A stretch of 64,000 bases of DNA from a virus (Duplodnaviria; Caudoviricetes), in the IMG/VR virus record IMGVR_UViG_3300005611_000002, positions 130,646 through 194,645 of that record; one strand, given 5' to 3'. This document shows, in pieces, positions 56,362-64,000 of the stretch (its first letter is position 1; every line of letters begins with the position of its first letter). Below the pieces are notes generated by a model. The model made no database searches. It worked only from the letters and a program-made list of their open reading frames with translations, and was not told the origin of the DNA. The translations under genes were made by a program, and so were the position numbers.

Positions 56362-56488
56362 TGGATCATTACAGCAACAAAACAGCTATGCATGAGAAGC
56401 ACGTGTTTGTGGTGTTCGAGTCCCACCGCCCCGACCATGACGGGGTGTAGGCAAATGGTAAAGCCGCGTAAAGCAAAAAGTTGATCCA
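56362..56488 (+). ncRNA. YrlA-like RNA with a circularly permuted tRNA domain
   Basis: TGGATCA/TGATCCA closing stem; order T arm, acceptor 3' strand + ACCA, acceptor 5' strand, D arm. Confidence 0.65.
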
Positions 56489-56510
56489 GTTAAACATTAT
56501 GAGGAGTGAC

Positions 56511-57077
56511 ATGAAAGCAAAACTTAAGTTCATTTATTCATCCATGAACAGCGGAAAGAGCTTGTCACTCCTCTCTAAAAACTTTATGCTAAGAGAAAAA
56601 GGGTTTCATACTGTCCTTATGAAACCGGCTATCGACAGTCGAAGCAACGATTCTATTACTACGCGTCTCGGTATAAGTGATCCTTGTATCGTATTGGAAT
56701 CAAAGGATAATCCCGAAAAAATCATAAAAGAAAAGTATACTCATCGGATAGACTACATTCTAGTTGATGAAGCGCAGTTTCTCACGAAGGAGCAGGTCTG
56801 GAACCTAGCATATCTTGTAGACTATTCTAACATAAACGTTCGTTGCTACGGTCTAAAACTAGATTGGCAGGGTGAGTTCTTTACTGGTTCTGAAGAGCTC
56901 ATGAAAATCGCAGATGAGCTGGAACCAATCGAAAACTACTGTCGTCACAACAAGGGTGCTCGAGCATTTTTTCATATGAAGCTCGGTGGTTCTCAAGAGA
57001 GTGTAGAAATCGGTGAAGAAGACTTATACGAGTCCGTATCTCGTAAAAAATGGAAAGAATGGTATGACAAAAATTGA
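56511..57077 (+). CDS. tk: Thymidine kinase
   Basis: MNSGKS, KP.ID.R, VDEAQFL, YGL..D..G..F.GS motifs; GAGGAG RBS before ATG 56511. Confidence 0.93.
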   Translation: MKAKLKFIYSSMNSGKSLSLLSKNFMLREKGFHTVLMKPAIDSRSNDSITTRLGISDPCIVLESKDNPEKIIKEKYTHRIDYILVDEAQFLTKEQVWNLAYLVDYSNINVRCYGLKLDWQGEFFTGSEELMKIADELEPIENYCRHNKGARAFFHMKLGGSQESVEIGEEDLYESVSRKKWKEWYDKN

Positions 57078-57702
57078 TGAAGTTTATCGGCGGTTTAGCA
57101 AGATCTATCCGCCTTCAAGTCGTTTTGTACCCGAGTCAAAGATACACGCAGATCCATTTCGTAGCCTCGTAGGAGTTGTACTTTCTGCTCAAACGAGAGA
57201 TGAAATGACTGCTCGTGCTTGTAACAACCTTTTTGCAATTACTGATACACCTAAAGGCGTGCTTGAGTTGACCGATGAACGTTTAGTAGAATGCATTCGT
57301 CCTGTCGGTATGTATAATAACAAAGCAAAAAATCTCAAGAAGATGTGCACTCAACTCATCGAAAGACATAGCGGCCAAGTTCCTAAGACGCGTTCTGAGT
57401 TAATGGCTCTTGCTGGAGTTGGAAGAAAGTCGACTGATATTATGATGCGCTTTGTATACCACGAAGGTGCTATTGCGGTTGATACACATGTTCATAGACT
57501 ATCAAACAGACTTGGATTGGTGAATACGCCTTCTGCTGACGTGACCGCAGACTTTCTTGCTGAGAATACGCCCGAGCAGTTCAAGATGAGTGCTCACGAA
57601 TGGTTTATCAACTATGGCAAGTACGTATGTAAAGCAAGGTCACCGCGGTGCTCTGAGTGCATCTTCACAGATATTTGCAACTACTACGAAAAAACTTGTT
57701 GA
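57064..57702 (+). CDS. nth: Endonuclease III (HhH-GPD glycosylase, 4Fe-4S)
   Basis: LSAQT.D, L.GVGRK, AVDTHV.R...RLG, C......C..C.....C. Confidence 0.93.
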   Translation: MTKIDEVYRRFSKIYPPSSRFVPESKIHADPFRSLVGVVLSAQTRDEMTARACNNLFAITDTPKGVLELTDERLVECIRPVGMYNNKAKNLKKMCTQLIERHSGQVPKTRSELMALAGVGRKSTDIMMRFVYHEGAIAVDTHVHRLSNRLGLVNTPSADVTADFLAENTPEQFKMSAHEWFINYGKYVCKARSPRCSECIFTDICNYYEKTC

Positions 57703-57754
57703 CATTTCATTCTGGTTGGTATAGTATGATAATGAAATAACATGGAGAATCACC

Positions 57755-57790
57755 TTGTCTAAACAAGAAGACTTTCGTATTTTGACAGCT
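57755..57790 (+). pseudogene. Displaced original 5' end of gp39
   Basis: TTG start with GGAG RBS and upstream TTGACA promoter; encodes (M)SKQEDFRILTA versus (M)SKNEFKILTP of the intact gene. Confidence 0.75.
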
Positions 57791-58649
57791 ACACATTAGC
57801 TCTACCTGGAAAATATCCTTCTGGTATTTTTTGATCGGGCTTTATTCTTATATTCTTATGCCCATTATTATACCACTTTGAACCAGTCGTAGGATTGTTT
57901 TTCTTCATCCATTCTGAGTGTCTTTCTCTAGCAGTCATTCCATTTTCGTCTTTTTCGTTGTCCAATTTTTTGTTGAGCTTATTTTGACGTTCTAACCACA
58001 CTTTTTCATTTTTCTTTATATACCTTTTTCTGCCTTCCGATATTTTCTTTGCATTTTCTGGTTTGCATGACGGATTTTTATTTCCTCGGCGTTTCATACC
58101 AGATTTTTGATATAAGTTCAATCCAGTTTTTTCATCTATTTTAGACATTGTTTTTGCCATGTTGCGACTTCTTATAGAAATTAGATCAGGATTATTTTTT
58201 AGAGCTTTTTCATAAGCACGTTGAAAACAATTTTTACCATCAACTATATCTTTCATTTTGGTTTCTGCACCTTTGATAGCTCCTTTTTCATATGATGTTT
58301 TCCCATCATTATCTGCAATTTTTCTAACTTCTGGATTATATAATGCGAGACCGTCATTATTATGACAATTATAAAATTTTGGATTATTTCTAGCATCTAC
58401 CTTTTCAAGAAATTTCGTTTCGTGGTTATATGCTGATTCTGCAGTATCAAATACCTTTATTTTTCGAACTATAAAACTTTTCAAACCACTTTTTCTTATG
58501 ATTTCATTTACTATTTTTGACGACGTTGTATATCCATCCTCTGTCATAAATTTTGCTGGATTTGCACCTTGACCATATTTGCTACCAGCATAAAACTTAC
58601 CGGTAGACACTTCTTGAATGATGTAGAAATAGGGTATATAAATAGGCAT
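57789..58649 (-). CDS. Seg-like GIY-YIG homing endonuclease
   Basis: PYFYII......FYAGS, Y.TSS, E...L......N..FYN, C-terminal WYNNG...IP.G...GR; RBS before ATG 58649. Confidence 0.85.
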   Translation of the reverse strand: MPIYIPYFYIIQEVSTGKFYAGSKYGQGANPAKFMTEDGYTTSSKIVNEIIRKSGLKSFIVRKIKVFDTAESAYNHETKFLEKVDARNNPKFYNCHNNDGLALYNPEVRKIADNDGKTSYEKGAIKGAETKMKDIVDGKNCFQRAYEKALKNNPDLISIRSRNMAKTMSKIDEKTGLNLYQKSGMKRRGNKNPSCKPENAKKISEGRKRYIKKNEKVWLERQNKLNKKLDNEKDENGMTARERHSEWMKKNNPTTGSKWYNNGHKNIRIKPDQKIPEGYFPGRANV

Positions 58650-58729
58650 AAGCTGTGTTCCTTTCGTTGTAAAGTGTTCGAACATAGAGTCAGTAGGACC
58701 GCCATCCGTGACTGACATTTTTATTTATA
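58647..58729 (-). promoter_or_regulatory. Conserved endonuclease-gene leader, copy 2
   Basis: TATAAATA-aaaat-GTCAGT-CAC-GGA-tggcgg-TCC-T-ACTGAC-TCTA...ACGAAAGGAACACAGCTTATG. Confidence 0.75.
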
Positions 58730-58951
58730 AAATGGAATATTTACCGTGGAAAATCATTGGAACACTTTATCACATCAAACGCAGCTAAAATATCTTGAAA
58801 AAGCGTTATATCTCATTCAAAATGGGTATTCAAATAATACGAACGTAGAAGATTTAGCTATGTCTATCGCGCACTCAGAGTCCAAAAAAAGTGGTTGACA
58901 CTTTATCGCTCGTATGATATTATCAAAATATATGATGGAAAGGAATCAGTA

Positions 58952-60775
58952 GTGTCAAAAAACGAATTCAAAATTCTAACTCCCAGAGATCACGTTCGAT
59001 ATCGTGTTCAAATGTACATGGGCTCGAGCTCTCGTGAAGAGATCGAGCGTTTTGTGCTTGGAGAATGGAAAAAAGCGACTTACGTTCCTGCGCTGTCAAA
59101 AATGATCGACGAGATCCTTGACAACGCGATCGATGAAGCAATTCGTACAAACTTCAAGTACGCCAACAAGATTGACGTCTCGATTGATGGTAACGAAGTG
59201 ACTGTAGCTGATAACGGACGCGGTATTCCTCAAGATGAAATCTTTGATGAAGCTACCAATCAAAAGGTACTTCGTCCTGTTGCTGCATGGACTAAGGTCA
59301 ATGCTGGCACCAGCTTCGATGATCAGCGTGTAACGATCGGTACAAATGGTGTTGGCTCTGCTGCGACGAACTTTCTGTCTGAAAACTTCCTTGGCCGCAC
59401 TCGTCAAAATGGAACGCTTATTGAAGTCAAGTGTTCTGAAGGTGGCCTGAACGTAGACGTGAAGAAAAAGAAGGGCGGTGGTAATGGTACCATCGTAACC
59501 TTTACGCCTGACTTTAGCCTATTTGAGACTGACTCTCTTGACTCGCTGGATACCATCTCACTTCTCGAAGATCGTCTCATCGGTCTTCAAATGGCATTTC
59601 CTGAAATCCGTTTTTCGTTCAATAAGAAGCGCATTCAGGTCAATGACCTCAAGAAGTATGCTGCGATGTTCAGTGAGACTTCGGTAATCGAACGGTCGGA
59701 AAATCTTTCGTTCTTCTTTGCTACTTCTGAGGATGGGTTTCGTTCGAATAGCTTCGTGAATGGCGTGAACACTCGCCAGGGTGGTACTTATGTTGATCAC
59801 ATCGTCAACAACGTAGCTGATGAACTCGTAGTTCTGATCAAGAAAAAGCACAAGATCGAGGTTCCCAAGAGCACAATCAAGAATGGTCTTACATTCGTGA
59901 TGTTTGCTCGTAACTTCACAAACCCGAAGTTTGACAGCCAAACAAAAGAACGTCTGACAAACGGCGTGAGTGAAGTTCGCAGTCACTTTGAAAGTGCTGA
60001 TACAAAAGACTTCAACTTTTTTGCTCGTAAGATTTTGAACACTCCTGAGATCATTGAACCCATCATCGAAGCGCAACTTGCTAAGAAACTGGCCGCAGAT
60101 CGTCGAGCTGCAACACTTGCTCAGAAGAAGCTCAAAAAGGTAAAGGTTGCAAAACATATCGCTGCCAATAGTGATAACGCACTTCTTGCGCTCGTCGAAG
60201 GTGACTCGGCTATGGGCTTTCTTCTGAAAGTTCGCGACTCGAGTAAGATTGGAGCGTATCCTCTTCGTGGTGTGATCATGAATACTTGGGACATGAAGCC
60301 CGCAGATGTTCTCAAGAACAAAGAACTCGGTGAGCTTATCGCAATCCTCGGCCTTGACATAAACGATCCAGACAGTGTCGATAACATGACATACTCTGGT
60401 GTTGCTACGCTGACTGATGCTGACCACGATGGCGCCGGCCACATCACGCCTCTGATCATTGCTTTCTTCTACAAGTTCTGGCCGCGGCTCTTGACAGAGA
60501 AGCGTATTCATATCACTCGTTCTCCCATCATGATTTCTACGAACGGTAAAGACGTAAAGTGGTTCTTTACCTACACAGAAGCAAACGAGTTCAAGGCAAA
60601 CTGCAAAGGCTATAGCCACCGCTATATCAAAGGCTTAGGATCGCTTACAGAGGATGAGTATGATCGAGTAATCAATGATCCCGTGCTTGACACAGTCACA
60701 GTCGATGATGCATCTTACTTTCAAATGATGTTCGGTGGCAATGCACAACTTCGTAAGGAATTTATGAATGAATGA
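58952..60775 (+). CDS. gp39: DNA topoisomerase II large subunit (gp39+gp60 in one chain)
   Basis: EILDNAIDE, DNGRGIP, GTNGVG, EGDSA, PLRG, DADHDG, YIKGLG; GTG start after AAGGA RBS. Confidence 0.96.
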   Translation: MSKNEFKILTPRDHVRYRVQMYMGSSSREEIERFVLGEWKKATYVPALSKMIDEILDNAIDEAIRTNFKYANKIDVSIDGNEVTVADNGRGIPQDEIFDEATNQKVLRPVAAWTKVNAGTSFDDQRVTIGTNGVGSAATNFLSENFLGRTRQNGTLIEVKCSEGGLNVDVKKKKGGGNGTIVTFTPDFSLFETDSLDSLDTISLLEDRLIGLQMAFPEIRFSFNKKRIQVNDLKKYAAMFSETSVIERSENLSFFFATSEDGFRSNSFVNGVNTRQGGTYVDHIVNNVADELVVLIKKKHKIEVPKSTIKNGLTFVMFARNFTNPKFDSQTKERLTNGVSEVRSHFESADTKDFNFFARKILNTPEIIEPIIEAQLAKKLAADRRAATLAQKKLKKVKVAKHIAANSDNALLALVEGDSAMGFLLKVRDSSKIGAYPLRGVIMNTWDMKPADVLKNKELGELIAILGLDINDPDSVDNMTYSGVATLTDADHDGAGHITPLIIAFFYKFWPRLLTEKRIHITRSPIMISTNGKDVKWFFTYTEANEFKANCKGYSHRYIKGLGSLTEDEYDRVINDPVLDTVTVDDASYFQMMFGGNAQLRKEFMNE

Positions 60776-62162
60776 GTTGACAAACTTCTTCGATGATGAT
60801 AATGTAGAATCAAATGGAAAGGAAACTGATTCTATGATTCGAGAATATCCGATCTCAAACGTTGCAAAGAGCGAATGGCTCGACTTTGCAATGTACACGG
60901 TAGAGTCTCGTGCGATCCCAAATATGATCGACGGTATGAAACCAGTGCAACGTTTTTACGTTTACTCGTCGATCAAAAACAGTAAGACCGACTTCAAAAA
61001 GGTAAGTGCGGTCTCTGGTGTCGTAAGCGACTACGGATACAACCATGGTGAAGGCTCTGCTGCTGGTGCTGGTCAGCTCATGGCTGCCGAATGGGCAAAC
61101 AACATCTGTCTTGTAGAGGGCCGCGGTTCTTTCGGTACTCGACTTGTTCAATCTGCAGCGGCTGCTCGTTATACATACACTCGTCTGCACAAGAACTTCA
61201 GCAAATATATCAAAGACATCGATCAGGCGCCGGTTCATGAAGATCCTGAGCACGAGCCTCCGCGTTTTTACGTTCCCGTCATTCCTCTAGTGCTTGCAAA
61301 CGGCATCAAGGGTATTGCAACTGGTTTCGCAACAAACATTCTTCCTCGTGATCCTGAAGATCTTGCTCGCGCCTGTGCTGAGTATGTTGCGACTGGAAAC
61401 ATCGACAAAAAAGTTCGTGTAAAGTTTCCTGACTTCAATGGCACCGTCACGTTTGATCCTGAAGCGAATAGGCATATCTGTCGCGGTTCCTTCCAGCGTA
61501 ACAGCAAGACAGTCATCACCATTACTGAGGTTCCATACGGCTTCGACCGCGAGTCTTATGTTGGTGTACTCGACAAACTTGAAGAAGCTGGTCATATCGT
61601 AGGTTATGATGATCTTTGCGACAAGAATGGTTTTTGCTTTGAAGTGAAACTGAAGCAAAACACTTCAGCAAACTGGCCTGATGAAAAAATCACGGCTATG
61701 TTCAAGTTGATCAAGCCATACACTGAAAACTTGACTGTGATCGGACCAAACGGAAAACTTCGTGAGTATGACGACGAACGCGATCTTATTCGTGATTTCT
61801 GCGACTACCGAATGGGCGTACTTCAGCAGCGCATCGATCTTCGTAAGGAAGAAGCAACTGAACTCGCACGGTGGCTGAACATCAAGATGCAGTTCATTCA
61901 AGCAGTCCTTGACGACAAGATCAAATTCAAGAACCGGAAGAAAGACCAGGTCGCAGTTCAAATTTTTGCAGAGACTGATGCTGAGACTGATGACGTGGAT
62001 CGACTTCTGCGCATCAACATCATGAGCCTTACAGATGAGATGGTAAAGCAGCTTCAAAAAGAGATCAAAGACGCAAAGGCCGATCTTAAGTATTGGAACA
62101 AGACCACACCTCGTGAACAGTTCAGTGACGACCTTCAAGAGTTGTCCACTGGTGACCACTAA
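60768..62162 (+). CDS. gp52: DNA topoisomerase II medium subunit gp52
   Basis: RAIP..IDG.KPVQR, YNHGE, AAARYT, GIATGF. Confidence 0.96.
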   Translation: MNELTNFFDDDNVESNGKETDSMIREYPISNVAKSEWLDFAMYTVESRAIPNMIDGMKPVQRFYVYSSIKNSKTDFKKVSAVSGVVSDYGYNHGEGSAAGAGQLMAAEWANNICLVEGRGSFGTRLVQSAAAARYTYTRLHKNFSKYIKDIDQAPVHEDPEHEPPRFYVPVIPLVLANGIKGIATGFATNILPRDPEDLARACAEYVATGNIDKKVRVKFPDFNGTVTFDPEANRHICRGSFQRNSKTVITITEVPYGFDRESYVGVLDKLEEAGHIVGYDDLCDKNGFCFEVKLKQNTSANWPDEKITAMFKLIKPYTENLTVIGPNGKLREYDDERDLIRDFCDYRMGVLQQRIDLRKEEATELARWLNIKMQFIQAVLDDKIKFKNRKKDQVAVQIFAETDAETDDVDRLLRINIMSLTDEMVKQLQKEIKDAKADLKYWNKTTPREQFSDDLQELSTGDH

Positions 62163-62243
62163 CTTTTATTGGTAGGATACCCAATCAAACTCATGATGTC
62201 AACCAGTGATCAATAGATTAACTCTCAGAATGGTACACACTTT

Positions 62244-62633
62244 ATGATGTATTCAACAGCCAACAAACCGAAAGACTTGAAAGTAAAGACCCTTGACAAA
62301 GTCATTGCGTTTGCGTGTGACTACTTGGATCTAGATGTTGATCTGGAAGTTCGATTTGAAAAGCTTCGTGATTTCCAGTACGGATACTGTGACTACGATG
62401 AAGACGAAGTCTCAATCACGATCTCTCGATACCTTTCAGAAGCTGATACCATTCGGACCATTTTTCATGAGTTGGTTCATGTCAAACAATATGAAGATGG
62501 CAGACTGGAAGCTGGAAGTCCACAAAGATGGATGGGAAGCGAGTACGATGAAGATTATGAAAACCTTCCTTGGGAAGTCGAGGCTTTTGATTTAGAACAA
62601 AAAATGGTTGACATTTATGTCGAATCAGTATAG
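62244..62633 (+). CDS. HExxH zinc-metallopeptidase-like protein
   Basis: TIFHELVHVKQY...Y...PWEVEA. Confidence 0.75.
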   Translation: MMYSTANKPKDLKVKTLDKVIAFACDYLDLDVDLEVRFEKLRDFQYGYCDYDEDEVSITISRYLSEADTIRTIFHELVHVKQYEDGRLEAGSPQRWMGSEYDEDYENLPWEVEAFDLEQKMVDIYVESV

Positions 62634-62667
62634 TATCATAATAGGTAAAACGAAAGGACCTCTTATG
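62607..62667 (+). repeat. Early promoter-stem-loop-RBS cassette, copy 4
   Basis: GTTGACATTTATGTCGAATCAGTATAGTATCATAATAGGTAAAACGAAAGGACCTCTTATG. Confidence 0.85.
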
Positions 62668-62958
62668 GGATACGCTCCATTCAATACACAGACTGGCGTC
62701 GGTGAACCAATCATCGGATACTTCAATGAGTGCGAACATGGTCAGTTCTTTGAATATAGTACTCAGGAGTACTTGGTTCTTGCGCCGCTAGCTCACGGCG
62801 GTAAAAACATGAGGTTCCCTCATAAAATCTGGGTTGGATCTCTCGGTGAGTACCGCACAGCAAAGGTCATGAAGACTTGTGCTCACGTCATCGTTGATGA
62901 AACCGAGTTCGGCTGGGCAGTCGAAAAGTGGAACATCAAAAAGCATCGAAAACTGTAA
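62665..62958 (+). CDS. Hypothetical early protein
   Basis: Starts at the cassette ATG; the track ORF extends through the promoter. Confidence 0.7.
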   Translation: MGYAPFNTQTGVGEPIIGYFNECEHGQFFEYSTQEYLVLAPLAHGGKNMRFPHKIWVGSLGEYRTAKVMKTCAHVIVDETEFGWAVEKWNIKKHRKL

Positions 62959-62986
62959 CACACAATGAAGAATAGGAGAATTTGAT

Positions 62987-63079
62987 ATGCCGCATCCACA
63001 CAAAAACCGACCTCCAAGGGGGCGTCGCAAGATGGGTTCAAGTAAACGTAAAGCACGCCGCCAGCGCAAAAAGAAATAG
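62987..63079 (+). CDS. Very basic 30-aa peptide
   Basis: Read by hand: MPHPHKNRPPRGRRKMGSSKRKARRQRKKK; AGGAG RBS. Confidence 0.6.
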   Translation: MPHPHKNRPPRGRRKMGSSKRKARRQRKKK

Positions 63080-63129
63080 TTGACATTTGTTCCGAACCAT
63101 TATAATATGATAATGTAAGGAGAATCATA

Positions 63130-63729
63130 ATGAAAAATCTTGACAATCAGCAGATCTTAGTTTTTGTGAACGAGCAGCATAAGTTCGTTCACATCGGCGT
63201 GTACAATATGTACGACAAAGAAGGTCGACCGAACTACGGTGCTTCTCTTCAGTCTCAGTACCGTGAAGCTCTTCGTGCAATCCGTCACGCAAATAAGCGC
63301 GACGCAAAAGGCACTGATAACGTCTTCGGTAACTCTTTTCAGGTTCGACTGATGAACACTACCATCGATCAGTGGAAAGTTGCTTCAACTGTACGCGATA
63401 TTGATATTGCTCAGGCTCAGGTTATCGCAGAAGAAATCAAGGAAGAGCTGGTCTCACGAGGCTATAGCATAACAGGTAGCGGCGGAGTAAAAGCTATTCG
63501 TCATCTTGGTACGAACAAGTACGCGACTAGTATCATAATCAAGAATGCTACCATGAAGCGCTTGTATCAAATCGTAGAAAAGTTGACTGAAGGTTATCAC
63601 GACGTTCTGAATATGTCTCGCGTAAAGAGTGACATCTATCGTTGCTACAACGATGTCAACGGCAACTTTGACACTCGTCGGAAGTTCTGGAACCATATCA
63701 ACGAGAACTTCGAAACATACAAGATATGA
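63130..63729 (+). CDS. Hypothetical protein
   Basis: 199-aa ORF with TTGACA promoter at 63080 and AAGGAG RBS. Confidence 0.75.
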   Translation: MKNLDNQQILVFVNEQHKFVHIGVYNMYDKEGRPNYGASLQSQYREALRAIRHANKRDAKGTDNVFGNSFQVRLMNTTIDQWKVASTVRDIDIAQAQVIAEEIKEELVSRGYSITGSGGVKAIRHLGTNKYATSIIIKNATMKRLYQIVEKLTEGYHDVLNMSRVKSDIYRCYNDVNGNFDTRRKFWNHINENFETYKI

Positions 63730-64000
63730 ACATCACTGTAAGTAATCTAAGTTCAAATCTTGAAGAGCTGGTTCGTTTTACCTGTGACTACCTGGGCATT
63801 CAGCCTAGATCTCTCGAAGTTGATGTTCTTGAAGTCACGGGATATCAAGGAATGTGCATCGATCTCGAAACAGATTCTTTCTTGATACTTGTAAAAAATC
63901 ACGAAGGTCAACTCGAGACACTCGCACACGAACTCGTGCACGTGAAACAATACATGAAACAAGATCTTGGTTCTCTTCTTGGTACAGAGGAATATGAAAC
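63726..64000 (+). CDS. Partial HExxH metallopeptidase-like protein, runs off window end
   Basis: ATGA overlap; TLAHELVHVKQY, paralogous to 62244-62633. Confidence 0.65.
   Translation, partial: MNITVSNLSSNLEELVRFTCDYLGIQPRSLEVDVLEVTGYQGMCIDLETDSFLILVKNHEGQLETLAHELVHVKQYMKQDLGSLLGTEEYE

Noticed and set aside
58650-58718. Shared peptide SV.DGGPTDSM...FTTKGTQL at the start of two track ORFs as a protein domain
   Set aside because: The third copy reads ATG-TAG, conservation follows base pairing, and a good SD sits before the downstream ATG, so it is better explained as a nucleic-acid leader
59558-60619. 353-aa antisense ORF inside gp39 (also 20192-20779 and 61665-62159)
   Set aside because: Antisense mirrors of conserved genes caused by codon bias; no motifs
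38504-62667. Dispersed 60-bp repeats as CRISPR or IS ends
   Set aside because: Not regularly spaced, no cas or transposase genes; they contain promoter and RBS elements
1-64000. Stop-codon reassignment
   Set aside because: Core genes are full length under the standard code and no suppressor tRNA anticodon was found

Overview
A 64-kb segment of a large T4-like (Tevenvirinae/Kyanoviridae-type gene content) myovirus genome, standard genetic code, probably infecting an alphaproteobacterium (inferred from GANTC-containing sigma70 promoters). Left part (1-24.6 kb): baseplate/tail module (VrlC-like virion protein, gp8, gp7, gp6, gp25, M15 peptidase, gp5-SLT, gp53, gp48, gp4, gp2, gp54, gp26, gp51, gp29-like). 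Middle (24.6-49.3 kb): hsp20, alternative oxidase, dUTPase, regA, clamp/clamp loader, a cytosine-hypermodification cluster (dCMP hydroxymethylase, three glycosyltransferase-like genes, C5- and N6-methyltransferase-like genes), gp43, gp46/47, gp55, uvsW, uvsY, gp3. Right (49.3-64 kb): accessory genes, a tRNA array, tk, endonuclease III and topoisomerase II (gp39, gp52). The main unexplained structure is non-coding. (1) The tRNA array opens with a leader-peptide attenuator and a boxA, is interleaved with several tRNA-mimicking structured RNAs, and ends with two Y-RNA-like elements flanking a cyclic-phosphate-processing receiver gene. (2) Three dissimilar endonuclease-like genes share a covarying leader hairpin and each has replaced the terminus of an essential gene. 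(3) A repeated early-promoter cassette carries a GANTC site at a fixed position. All protein calls come from motif recognition and synteny, not database searches; RNA structures were paired by eye.
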